The notes beneath the pieces were generated by a model, which saw only the letters and a program-made list of their open reading frames with translations, was not told the DNA's origin and made no database searches. Position numbers and translations under genes: made by a program. Shown here piece by piece: positions 12,656 through 30,936 of a DNA stretch of 64,000 bases (position 1 is its first letter; each line of letters opens with the position of its first letter). Source of the stretch: Zygnema circumcarinatum SAG 698-1b (Eukaryota; Plantae; Zygnematophyceae); assembly GCA_037447605.1 (NCBI GenBank), contig CM074810.1, positions 3,072,880-3,136,879 on the forward strand. Direction: 5' to 3'.

Positions 12656-15600
12656 CCTCGCTCCCTCTCTCTCTACCTCTCTTCCTCTCTCTCTCTCTTC
12701 CTCGCTCCCTCTCTCCCGCACAGGAGGGCACCCTTGTGCAGCTGAGTCTACATCCATCCCTACATTTGGACTCTCATTCTGGAGCCGCCGCCCATTTGTG
12801 GCCGTCGGATCTCGTGGGATCGAGCAACATTACGGATGGCGACTACCTTCCAAGTGCCTGGTCGAAGCATCACCCTCATCCAGGTCTTCACTCACTCACT
12901 CATACATCTTCCCTTATCAACATGTAAACATGTTCGCATGTATACATATGTATGCATGGCTATGTAAACCAAATATGTGTATACAATGAAAGAAAAATGC
13001 AAGCTTGTATATACACAGATGCTCATATTCGTTTCTGAGTTTCGTTTCTTTCCTTTTGCCCTTTTCTTTTGTGCAGTGTTTCCGCCTGCTCACAGCCCCT
13101 CAACGAGCAATCGCAGCCAGACACGTGTCGCAATCGAGCAGGTGTGGTCCCCGCGCCAGGTGGCGCTCTCACAGGCTCCGACCGCCAGCCAAGTCCTCCC
13201 GACCCTCCCCCGAGCCTCCAGCTTATCCCACGTGGCAAGAACTGAGACCGTCGGTTCCCTGTCCCGGATCGAGTCTCTCGATATGCTCCCCTCCGAGCCG
13301 TCCATGTTCAATGAATCTCACCGCCAGGCGGAGCCTTCCGGCATGGCCATGGCCATGGCCATGATGGGGGAGTCCCGGGAGCTCCCATCAGAGCCAATCT
13401 CCTCCCTCCACGTGGCGCTTGAAGAGAGCTTGCCGCCTCGGCTTCCCTCCACCTCTTCATTTCACTCCGGCACTCACATGGAACTCCCAAACGGCTCCTT
13501 TACGCAACACGCTGAACTGCAGGCGGCCATGGAACCCGTTACCGTGAGCTTCCGGCAGGCGGGCTCGGAGGGGAGTGCGAGCAGCAGGGGAGCGCAGTCC
13601 CCGCCCCCGACCAAAGTTGGCTCACCCCATCTTCACTCAGCAGAAACACTCGATCCGGCAAGCAAAATTGGCTTGTGCGGGGAACAAGTCGACTTTTTGA
13701 GGCATATCGAGGCCATGAAAGCTTTTTCGGAGGTGCTTCCAGAGGCCTCTCTGAGACGAAATCGAAGCTTTGCGGAAGGCGCTGCAAGGAGCAGAGCAAC
13801 CCCTCCAGAGAGTCCTCACTATGGCGAGCGAATTGGGCAGAATTCACCTCTCGCGAACACGGGGTCGACGAGCGGAGGCTTGGAGCCGGCGAAAGGGGTG
13901 GGGCCCACATTGCAGTCAGGGAGCCCGCGGGAGGAGGACGGGAGGGAGGGAGGGGGGGCACCCACTCCCTCCTTCGTTCCAGAGAACGGTGGTGGGGGGG
14001 GAGGGGGAGCGCGAGAGGGAGTGAGAGGGGGAGCGGGAGTGGGAGTGGGAGTGGGAGGAGGAGGAGGAGAGGGAGGGGAAGGGAGGAGGAGAGGGAGGGG
14101 AAGGGAGAGGGGGAGGGGGAGGGGGAGGGAGTCTCTCGAATTCCAATCAAGGGGAGTCGAGCGGGTTCGGGTCGGAGGGTGAAGACCAAGCGGAGGACGA
14201 CAAGTGGCCGGCGGGGCATGCACTTGGGAGCGCGCAGACGCTCCCAAAGCCCCCCACGGAGCGGCTCGCGGAGATGACCCTCGACGAGCTCTCCAAGGTG
14301 GGTTTTTTTTTTTTTTTTTCTTTTTTTAATATTTTTTTATTTCTCCTTCCTGTGTTTTAACTTTTGGGTTCGTTTCCAAGTTTAATTTTTTTTTTTTTTT
14401 ATTTTTGTTTAATTTTTAATGGTGCGTTGTGCAGTTCTTCACGATGCCGATCAACGACGCGCGCAAGGCCCTCGGCGTGGGCCTGACCGTCCTCAAAAAG
14501 CGATGCCGGGAATTCGGCGTCCCGCGCTGGCCCCATCGGAAGATGAAGAGTCTGGACAACCTGATCCACCAAGTGCAGGTACGAACAGATCCACGTGGTT
14601 TCGGGATCCACTCCCTTGGACCCTACTTGATCTCCGTCCTGATTGGGGATCAACCCCTTGTCCTTCCCCGCTCACGTTGACTTTTTCGAGGCCACTCTTG
14701 TCGTTATTCGATCGTGTACGGACATTTCTAAAATATCGTATCGGATGGTATCGTCACAACCCGACGACTTGGCCCATTGAAACCGAAGTCGTCGGCGAGC
14801 GGCGGCTCGACACGTGGTGGACCTATGGCATTTCCGTACTCTTCGTACAGATAGGGTTTCGGCCGGCAACGATTCGTCAGCTGGCGTTTGTTCTCCAGAC
14901 GATACGATATGAAACGATACGATGTTATTTGGCGCTTCTGTCGCTGCCGCTCTAAATGCAGTCGTACGATCGATTCTGCTGCTGCAACGTACGAAATTAC
15001 CGTTATTCGTTTGTCGTTTGTTTAACCGCCGAATCATTGGTACTCATGCAATCTTAGGGCTACTGACACCACGGCCGTTCGTTTGTCTTTATCGAACCGA
15101 CTCTTCAGATTCTCCTTGCTGACCTTAGGCGACGTCCGTCCATTGCTCGTAGATTGTCCGTACGGTATTCGATATACGTTCTAGTACGGCCACTGATTCC
15201 GTTACTAACGGTAACCATTTTTTTTCCATTCGACGTCGTTTGTCTTTATCCAACCGACTCTTCAGATTTTCCTCGTTGACCCGCAGCGTGTCATCCGTAC
15301 ACTTCTCATACGGTTTGTTGACCGTGCATCAACCAATTTAGTTACTGAAGGTAACCGTTTCTTGCCACCTCGTACGGTCTCAGACTTCGCTCTTGGTACG
15401 GCCACCGATTCAGTCCCTGCCGGTACTGTAACAGTCCTTCCATTTTCCGTACAATCTTCGTACAGTTTCTACCATACGTCCTTGTACGGTCACCGATCCG
15501 GTCACTGACGGTTTCCGTTTTGCCCACGTGGCGTGCAGGAATTGGCCCAGGGCCCCGAGGGCAGCACGTCCGAGCCGGTGCAGCACGCGGTGCAGGAGCT

Positions 15601-15844
15601 GCGCAACCAGAAGCGGCGCCTCCAGGAGGTGCCGGGGACGGAGCTCGCGGAGCGCACCAAGCGCCTCCGCCAGGCGTGCTTCAAAGCCTCCTATAAGCGC
15701 CGCCGCCAGGCGGGCCAAGGCCATGGCCAGGGCCAAGGGTTGGCCCAAGGGATGGGGCAGCAGGGGGCCAAGTCCGCGACCAGCACGGGGGGGGGGAACG
15801 AGTCGGAGGAAGATGGAGGGGACTCCATGAACGCGCTGTTTTAG
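9597..15844 (+). CDS. RKD: RWP-RK transcription factor, RKD type with RKD5-like N-terminal domain; exons 9597-9666, 11005-11263, 11491-11935, 12724-12883, 13077-14297, 14435-14578, 15539-15844 (one apparent frameshift in exon 5)
   Basis: RWP-RK domain [52 protein letters not shown]-terminal motif [17 protein letters not shown], and N-terminal [14 protein letters not shown] as in RKD5-type proteins. Introns are GT-AG with compatible phases. Confidence 0.88.
15085..15520. repeat. ~150-bp degenerate tandem repeat (2-3 units) in the last RKD intron
   Basis: TTGTCTTTATCGAACCGACTCTTCAG at about 15085 recurs as TTGTCTTTATCCAACCGACTCTTCAG at about 15240. GTTACT..GGTAACC-like motifs recur three times. 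Confidence 0.65.
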
Positions 15845-16462
15845 GGCTTGTTCGGCCTTGGCGGGTCGCGAGCAGGAGGACGAGCGCGGAGCGTGCGTCG
15901 GCATCGGCACAGACGGGTCACGCGATGAGGGGGCCTTTGTGCCGAAGCTGACGCACGCTGCGACTGCATGGCATGCAGCCCATGCACGGCGGCGCATGCA
16001 CACGAAGACGCGCACATGCGCCGTCGCAGCTTTGTTTTCAACTGCGAACGCGGGTCGGTCGGTGGCAAAGAGCACGTGTTGGCAGCTTGCTTTTTGGGAG
16101 ACCACTTGTGGTTGGTTTTTAGGGTTTTGGACGGGCTTAGTGGTTAGAGGAGGTTGCATGTGTTATCGGGGTCGGTAGGTAGAAGGCGAAGCATCTGTAA
16201 TAGAGGGGTTTAGTGTGGGGGTAGAGGGAGGGAGAGAGGGAGGTAGGACTGCAGGTCTGCTCACTTTTTTTCTTGCTAAGCAAATGGGGTTTTTTTGACA
16301 ACGCGAGCTGCACAGAATGTGTGAAGGAGTCCTTCGCGGGCTGTCTCCCACCCCCTCCCACTTTCTCTTGTTTTTTACTTTCTGTACTTCTTGGTATCGA
16401 AGGTTGAATGTTGCAGCTGCTTTTGGGGGAGAGCCGGGGGGGGGGGGGGGGGNNNNNNNNNN

Positions 16463-16493
<31 letters not shown>

Positions 16494-16883
16494 GTAGATT
16501 GTGTGCATGAGATGAGCTTGGGTTCAATGTGATGGAGGCTCTCCTTAAAGCAACCGAGTCTAACGCTTCACGCTGTGAAAATTTATTCTCCCTCAAAGAG
16601 CCCCTAAATGTAAAGGCAATGTCAACGTTCCGGCCGTTTCCTGCGAATTTGGGAAAGTTGACTAGAGGCGATTTGCCAAAATGAAAAGACCAAGGTTTTA
16701 AATAGCAGTTCATCCGAGTACCCTCAAACCCTAAAACCCTAAAAATCCTACAAACCCTAAGAACCCTAAGGAACCATTCAGTCACCAAGGAAGCCATCAA
16801 TACCGAGCCAGGAGTTGCCACAGCAAGCGGCAATCCCACGCGGCAATCCCACTAATGAGAATATTTTCAATTACAACCCCCCC

Positions 16884-19063
16884 CTAAAAGTCTTCCTTGG
16901 ACAATTGGGAAAGCCGACGCCTCTCCGCCACCAATTCGGAATAAGCCTGAAAAGGACGAGAGCAAGACGCATACAAAATAGTCAAATGAATACCAGCTGA
17001 ACAAACCCTAAGCAACAAACAAGCATTTGTATTCAACTTAGCATATGGACTGTCAGCCAGTTATTGACCTGTCACCAACTCAATCTCACTGACAGCCTCA
17101 TCCTTCCTCCCTGTATCCGAGGTTTCAAGAATTTCCAACTACTCATGGGAGAATGAATAGAATGAACTCACCTTAGGGTACGAGTAGAGAAATATATACC
17201 ACCATAGAAAGACCAATACACTGACAAAGCCTGTGAGAATAGGCCAGTGCAGGAGCTGCCATGAGCCTGCGATTCCCAGTGCTCCTGTGAGAGCGATAGT
17301 CCATGGCTGACACCTGAGACATGCAAACCCCCCAAGCGATTCTCACTCAGATATTAACTCCATGGTAAAGGAAGGGAACTCCACTTCCATTTCTTTCCAA
17401 AACAATTCGATAAATGAATGATTGATGACCTTTAAAACTGCAGAGACTTAGTAGAATAGCCACCAACTCGAATAGCCACCTCTTACGACTGCACACTTTG
17501 GCCCATGGCTCAGTTACCTTTCAGGATATCCTCAATTCTGCTCATGAGGGAACTATCTATAATGATAAGTTAAATTCCACTAATCCCACTAGTTGTGCTT
17601 TGAACATATATGAACCTTACACAAGTCTTGATATTTATGGAAGGTCCGTTTGCATGCTGGAAAAAGTGTTCTTGAAGACTGGCATGGAAGCAAACTGATG
17701 ATGCATTGGGCTCGCATTCACTACTGCATGATCCATTGCATCTATAGGAAGTAGGAACGAGAGAAGACTGCGCTGAGAAAGGGAGGCGAAAAGCTGCAAG
17801 GAGTGATAGAAGGAAACGAGGAGAGCTTTGCCGAGAGAGTGAAATGGAAAGGTAATAGAGAGAATGGGAAACAAAGAGAGACGGCGCTGCTGAGAGAGAA
17901 AGATAAGCAGTCAGGAAAAGCGCACTGCAGGTCGTGTTAGCAAGCAGCAAAGAACGAAAGGGTTCTCAAAAGGCTGAGACGGGACGAAAACTGTGAATCA
18001 GGAGGGTCATTTTGAGAGGATGCAAAAGGAATTACACAATGGTATGTGAGGAGAGAGTGGGAGAGGGAGCACTGTAGCGAACGTTAGGCAGACAGGAGGG
18101 TGTGAATATACTTCCCCGGCCTTTGCAAATATTGTGTAAACTACAATTTCTCTCCTTAAGCGTGATTTTGCCTTTCTTTCAATCGCATAAAGTGCGAGCT
18201 GTCATTGTACCTCTGAACATTTCTTCAGTCAAATAATATGCAAACTTCCCTCCCCTCATTTTCACTACTTCTGCTTGAAGTTGCTCTTGGCCCCAAGTTA
18301 AATTAAATTCTCTATTAGGATCCAGCCCATTTTACTTCGAAGGAAATTTGGCATTTCGCAAATATCTGAGAGACAAGCCTGAAGGAGTCCTCCTGTTCCA
18401 GTTTGACGCTTCATTCTAGATTCTGAGTTGATTGATATTCGCTGTACCACTTAGTTATCTTGCTCTCAACTGTCCTGCAAAGTAACTTTAGAAGCAGCCA
18501 ATACCTTCAAACTGTACCTTAAACAAAAACTGGCTGTTCCAGCTGCTTCTTTGCAACTGCAAAAATATGAAAAGGAAGCATCCTTACCAGGCTGGCTTTG
18601 TATCCCACACACTCTCATATTCCAGCGACAAACTGTCGAGAAACTGCTCCATTTCCTCCATAGGTACCACATCCTGCTCCTCTCCTTTGGATTCCCCTTG
18701 TCCTCTAACCGCAGAAGCTCTCACATCCTCTCTACAAACATCACATAAAAGCTTTGGGCTATTCATTTGCCATCCAGCAGCACTGAGCGGTTTCATCCAG
18801 GTCTGCTGCCTTCTTTTGATAATACTGGCAATATTGCCTCCAGCTTCAGAAGAAAACAATACAGAGGAGCTGACACGCCAATTGTAGACCGCTTTCTGCG
18901 CAATCTGGTGCTGCTTTCGTGCTTTCTGTGAACGATTTGAGTCATGAAATCGTTTCCTTTGCAGAAGTGTGACGCTGCCGACTCCTCTTCTATCGTGCAG
19001 AATATTTCCCTCCACTGCTAACCAGCACGTCCCACGCACGCCTTCCACCATGAGAAGACTCAT
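16884..19063 (-). CDS. Small conserved membrane protein, DUF6737-like (probably plastid); exons 19063-18588, 17313-17172, 16946-16884
   Basis: Spliced FLDSLSLEYESVWDTKPAW/CQPWTIALTG...WWYIFLYSYPK/AYSELVAERRR resembles the plant/cyanobacterial KPxWCQPWxI family. GT-AG sites with matching phases. Confidence 0.88.
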
Positions 19064-19469
19064 CTTCCAAATACACTATTGCCTCGAAGGCTCAAACGTC
19101 GCACCTGCTTAGAAAGCCAGTCAGCAAGAACAGAAGCAACGACAAATATATCTGCAAGTTATATCTTTCGGCGCCGATTTTGGATTTGGTGATTCACGCG
19201 GAGTGGTGGATCGAACGATCGCGAGGAGAAGCACACTGCGAAGGTGAAGGCAGACATGGGTCGCTGCTTCATCAGTTGAAGATCAGTTGACCAGATCGCT
19301 TCGGCCAGCTGTGAAAAAAGACTGGTATTGCGGCCCTCCTTGCCAAATGCTTGTTCTTTCTCTTACAATAATTTGTGTGTGCTTTGGGCGATTACAGTAG
19401 AGAGAGGGAGAGGGAGAGGGAGAGGGGCTGGTTGTGTGAGCCACTACTGTTCAACATCAGCGCTTCGGC

Positions 19470-19877
19470 ATGGCTCCACATGATTCAGATGACGAAAGGG
19501 GGGAATCTGAAGAAGAAGAAGTAGCAGGAGGAAGCTATGGATTAGGGTACAACCTTCTTGCAGCAGATGGAGATGAATGTCAACATGCAACTGATGATGA
19601 TGACGATGATGATGCCCATGAGGATGATGCATCGGATGCTAATCCTAATCTAGATCAGGATACTATGAGTAGAACTACTTTGAGGACACAGTTGGAGCCG
19701 GAACCTCTATCAAATGGTCTGAGCAGCTTGCAAGATGACTCTGAACGACCTGAGAACATGCTCAATCGAAGATCCTCGGCTGAAGCTGGAGCAAGAACTG
19801 AGAATAGAGCAGAACCAAGCCACTCTGCCGCGAATATTGATAACGTGATGGAAGTTGGTAACAACGTCGCGAGCATT
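19470..19877 (+). CDS. Acidic, low-complexity ORF fragment cut by a scaffold gap; function unknown
   Basis: ATG-initiated ORF of about 136 codons (MAPHDSDDERGESEEEE...) with non-repeat composition, ending at a 100-N gap. Confidence 0.4.
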
Positions 19878-19977
19878 NNNNNNNNNNNNNNNNNNNNNNN
19901 NNNNNNNNNNNNNNNNNNNNNNNNNNNNNNNNNNNNNNNNNNNNNNNNNNNNNNNNNNNNNNNNNNNNNNNNNNNNN
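19878..19977. other. 100-N scaffold gap
   Basis: 100 consecutive N. Other gaps in the window are 10 N, lying in homopolymer or low-complexity tracts. Confidence 1.
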
Positions 19978-20027
19978 CAGTTACGTATTGCTGTGCGAGG
20001 GGGAGAAAGAGGGAGCCGAGGGCAGTG

Positions 20028-20068
<41 letters not shown>

Positions 20069-20766
20069 GAGAGGGGGAGGGAGAGAGCATACTGCAGAGT
20101 GTGTGAGAGGGTTTGTGAGCGCAGAGTTCAAGGTTATTGTCTTACCATTGTCTGAAGTTTTATGGGGAGGTCAGATAGAAGGAGTGCAGAGCAGAGTGCA
20201 GGGTTAGAGAGAGAGAGAGCAGAGTGCGGTGAGAGACAATAAGCTTACTGTTGTGTGTGAGAGAGGGTCAGAGAATTGGGCGCAAGATCAGAGGGGATAT
20301 TGCACTGTGTGAGAGTGAGAGAGCAGAGTGCAGTGTTAGAAAGCGGGCTGCCTCCGTGTCTACTTCTGTCACTCTCCCTTTCTCTTCCTCTCACTTAGCA
20401 ACACCCGGTCTCTCCTTCTCCCCCCCCCCCCCCCCCTCCCCAAAAAGTACTGTACCGCTCTAGCACAGTCCTGCCTTTCTTTGCTTCGTTCTCACATCTC
20501 ACTCCCCCTCTCTCCCCCTCTTTTCTCTTTCCCCAACCTTATCTCCGTCTCCTCCTCCTCCCCCTCTCCCTATTCCTCTCGCTCCCTTCTTCTCTGTCTC
20601 TTTCCCCCCTCTCTCTAATTCCCACTCCCTCCCTCCCTCTCTCTCTCCCCCCTCTCCCTCTCTCCCTCTTCTCTCTCCCCTGTCTCCTGCAGTGCATGTC
20701 GCCTCCGACTCCCTGAGCCCCTCCTCCCGCTCCCTCCCTCCCACTCCCGAAGAGAACAAGCTGGCA

Positions 20767-23532
20767 ATGCGCTCTCCCTCTGCTCGCAGCCCTAACCCTC
20801 TCCTCCTTCTCCAACGTTCCCTCTCGGGGCCAAGTTCAAAGTCTCCCTCTATGTGTCCCGCTCTCCTCCTCCTATCACTCATTTTCTTCGCCATCCTCTT
20901 CATAGTTCCCAACACACTCATCACCAATATGGAGTTTTTCTACAACTCCCTCACTGCTCCTCTCGACGGCAGGCCCAATCCCTGGTCGCCACGTGTCGCC
21001 ATTTGTTTGGCTGGAGGGTTGAGACATTTCGAACTTACAGGTCCGAGCATTAGGGAAAACCTTCTGCTCGCATACCCCAATACAGATGTGTTTGTTGTCA
21101 CCCCACATGATGAAGATTCTTGGAAAGTTTTGTTATTAGAAGGAGCCCATGTGGTGGGAGTTAACATAGCGGAGCAGAAAGACTATGTCATAGATAGTAT
21201 GACTCGAGCTGTAATTCATGAATCTGCCTCTCCTAAGGGCAGGCAGGGACTCTTGAAATACTTAGGACTGGTGGAGGGCTGCAAGGGGCTCATTGAAGTG
21301 TATGAAAAAAGTCACAATTTTAGGTATGAATGGGTAATACGAACGCGACCAGATGCAGTTTGGTCAACTAAACCGCCCCCCCTCTCGCACTTGAGGCGAA
21401 GACATTTCCACATTCCTGCAGGCGAGTATATCTGCAAAGAACAGCCCTAAAACACCATTTTTTTTATTTTTTTTTCATGCTTCTTTTTTAAGTCCCTCTT
21501 TCTTTTTTTTTTTAAGAATCAAGAAGAGTCAAGAGTTGAATGTTCTTACCTTTGGGTTTTTTTTTTTTTTTTTTTTTCAGGAAGCGATTGGTGGGGAATA
21601 AACGACCGGTTTACACTTGGAAATCGGGAAGATAGTCTTGCCTCGTTTGCAGGAATATCGACGATTCCTCGCCACTATGAGTTGAATCAGACTTGGCTCA
21701 CATCGGAGGAGAAATTTCAGGTGATAATTTACTATGTAAAAGAGCTCGTTTTTTTGGCTTATATGTATGTTGCCTTCTCCGATACCTTCAAATTTCATGT
21801 GGTTATCAATCAAGAATTGAGGGCTAGTTTTGCTGTCTGAAAACCTTTCCATATCTCGATATGTATCCGTTTTTTGTAGCAGGAGTTGCTCTAATGTGAG
21901 AGGAAAATCTTCATTGTTCTATGTGACAGAAATTGCTGCAATTCAGTGGAATCGCAGGACGCATTCAAAGAAGTGTTCCGTTTCCGTTTTGTGTTTTGAC
22001 AAAGCGATCGTTCTCTTTTCCTCCCCTGGAGTGAGTTTGAGACTTTTTTGGAGCCTCTGTATATGGGTGCAGGAGGGAGAGAGAAGGGAAGGAGAGAGGG
22101 AGGGGGGGGGGGGGGGGGACGAGGGGGAGAAGGAAATCAGAGATGTAAAGAGGGGGAGTGAGAGACAGGGGGAGAGATAAGAAGAGAAAGGAAGAACGAA
22201 GGTAAGTGAGAGAAGATGGAGGGGGGGAGTGAATAACGGAAAAAGAAGGATAAGGCTGAAAGAGTGGGGAGGTAGGGAGGAGGAGAGTGGGGTAGATGAA
22301 TGAAGAGAGGAGGAGAGGAGAGGGAAAGGAAAGGAGAGAGTTGAGAGAGGGAGAGGGAAGTAAGATTCGTAAGTTTGAGTAGACCCATGTGGGTTTTTTG
22401 TAGAACAGAGCGATGTCCATGCATACTCTATAGAAAACCAATGTTTTCAGTTGCTCTTTACTTGAATAAATCCCTAAAAACGAAGATCAAGGTTTGAAGA
22501 ATAGAAGTGCCGAAATACTGAGGGGGGTCAAAATTGTCAAAATTTTGCAGTTTGGGGTCGGCTCCTGTTGCGCCACTTGGCAGTTCCTCCGCACGGAACG
22601 GAGCGTACTGTTGGCCATGTAAAGCGGAGAAAAATTTGTCTTTAATAGGGCATGTTCCCAGACTGCTCTTTGGGCCCCAAAAGGTAATAATAATCATTCA
22701 GAACACCTATCTGCGCTTTAGTCTTTTTCCATGAAAGTGAGTATAGACGCTGAAAACATGAGAGAGGTAGTAGTACTCTCTACCTCCCTCTCTCTCGATC
22801 TCACTCCTGGCTTCCTCCCTCTCCCTCTCCCTCTCCCTCCCTCCCTCGAATTCCTCCAGCACCCCTCCCTCCGTTCCTTTCTTCTCCTTCTCCTCTTGTG
22901 CTCTCCCTCCGCGCCCTTCCTCCGCCCTCTCCCTCCTGCCCCTCTCTCTTTCTCTCTCCCACTCTCACTCACTCTCCCCCCTCCCTCTCCCCCTCCCCTC
23001 CCCCTCCCCACCCCCCCCCCNNNNNNNNNNCCCTCTCCCCCTCCCCTCCCCCTCCCCACCCCCCCCCCTCCTCCCCCTTCCCCCTTGGGTTATTTTATTT
23101 TGACCTGTTTAGTGAGAGCAAGGTGAACCCTCGATTAAGTCAAGGCTGTGCCAGTTAAACCTCTTAGAGGGTGGTGCACCTAACGAAGATGAAGGCTCCT
23201 AAGAGAGTAGCAACGTTTTGTTGATGACCTAGTTCGCTTCCGTGTTTGTTTCATGAACAATGTTGTGTTTGCAGGAATATTGCAATGTGAGTGGGACCCA
23301 ATGGCCTCGCCAATGGCCGGAATTGTTCGATTCTTCCGTAAACGAAAATTTCGCACGAGCACGAAAAAATTTCGAGGAATCGAAAGATCGTAGAAGCTGT
23401 TCTAAAAGATTAAACTCCTTTTTTGAAGGAGTGGAGATTCAGGAAGGAGGGTTTTCCGGCGACATGCTCTGCAGACTTGCTTTTCCGGGAAGCCATCAGG
23501 GGACCTTTCTTGATTGGATCAATGAACTGTAG
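20767..23532 (+). CDS. Conserved uncharacterised plant type-II membrane protein (DUF7796-like); exons about 20767-21421, 21581-~21720, ~21830/21880-22030, 23275-23532
   Basis: N-terminal TM (LLLLSLIFFAILFIV), then RVAICLAGGLRHFELTGPSI, GLLKYLGLVEGC, WVIRTRPD, GINDRF and a last exon with WPRQWPELFD..ARARK..C..LCRLA. The middle exon boundaries are not resolved. Confidence 0.75.
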
Positions 23533-23694
23533 GAAAAGAAAGAAGGAGAAAAAGAAACAAATCTGCAAGCCATTCTTTTATCCATAGACAGACATACAGA
23601 CAGGTGTAGGGGCACAGGGCATGCATGTATTTTGCTGTAATTTTGTTTTGTCACTGCTCCCCTTGGTGAGCAGTTAAAACGTAGAAAGAGAGGT

Positions 23695-23761
<67 letters not shown>

Positions 23762-23899
23762 GAGAAAGATTGCCTTGTGTACAAGGGGAAAATGTGCGTC
23801 CATCCTTTATAGATGTACGGAGAGGAGGCATGCTTATTCTGGAAGAAAGCTTCCGCGTTGTATCATTCATTAATCTCCAACAAAGTAGAGGGAGAGGGG

Positions 23900-23930
<31 letters not shown>

Positions 23931-24391
23931 GGGGAGAGGAAGAGGGCGAGGGAGAGAGAGAGACAGGGGGGGTCTTGTAGGACCTTCCCCCCGGCTTCGC
24001 CGTTGTCCTCACATTCGCCTTGTGTTGAGAGGACTTTTTCTTTTTTAGAAAAGGTTTATCTTCATCAAAATCTCATAACTGAGTAGTGACTGCAGTAGTA
24101 ATAGTAGTAGTAGTAGTAGAAGTGGCTGAATCCTGACTATGTATTGATTTGATTCCTTAATGAAAAGCAGTCATAGTCATGACTAAACCTTGCGAAGGAG
24201 CGTCTGTCTCGTGCAGGTTTCCCAGTTAGTTATTTCTGTTTTTAAGTTGGGTTTTCCTGTACATACCAACATGGGCCCCTTCGAATTATGGCGATGATAA
24301 AACTCTTATGGCAAGGAATCAGTATTGGTCATTAGTCCTCGCGACCGAGCTGAAGTCACTTCTTTATAGAGTCACGACCAAATAAAGCCCG

Positions 24392-30154
<5,763 letters not shown>

Positions 30155-30936
30155 TGGGAGAGGGGGAAGGGAAGGGTGGGAGAGGGAGAGAGTGGGAGAG
30201 AGAGGGGGAGGCAGAGAGGGATGCAGAGAAGGAGAGGAAGAGAGAGTGGAAGAGAGAGAATGAGAGAGAGAGAGAAAGAAAGAGAGGGAGAGAGGGAGAG
30301 GGAGAGGGAGAGAGAGAGAGTGTGGGAGAGAGGGCGAGGGAGACGAAAGGGAGAGGGAGAGGGAGCCCTCGCTTTCAGAAAGGAGAGCCGTTGGAGTCCC
30401 GACAAAGCGCTCTTAGGCCGTACCAATGAGTACCAGTACGAAAATACCGTACGATTCGTACGATTCATACAGGACAGGCAGAATGGAAAGGGACGAAAAT
30501 TTCAATTTCGTATTGGCCCAATGGATGCAAGAAACGTGTCCAAAAAGGCTTTAAGACCTTTTGATCCTCTGCCCGAGACACGTGTGAAAGGACACACTGT
30601 CCAATCAGCGCAGGGCGCATAGGAAGGACCGTTTAACGGCCGCAGTTCCCTCCCTGCGAAACTGCGCACAGCGAACACGGTGGCAGAGAGAATCGGTGTC
30701 TGTCAGCCTGCCACGTGGCGTGGCCGGGAGAGAGAGAGGGAGAGAGAGGGGGAGAGAAAGAGGGGAGAGTGGGGGAGATGGGAAGGGAAGGGGTGGACGA
30801 GACAGAGAGGGAGAGGGAGGGAGAGAGAGAGGCGGATATGGAGAGGGATGGAGAGAGGGAGAGGGTGAGGGAGGGAGAGGGAGAGAGGAAGAGAGAGAGA
30901 TTGGGAGAGGGAGAGGGAGAGAGGTCGGTGTGGTGG

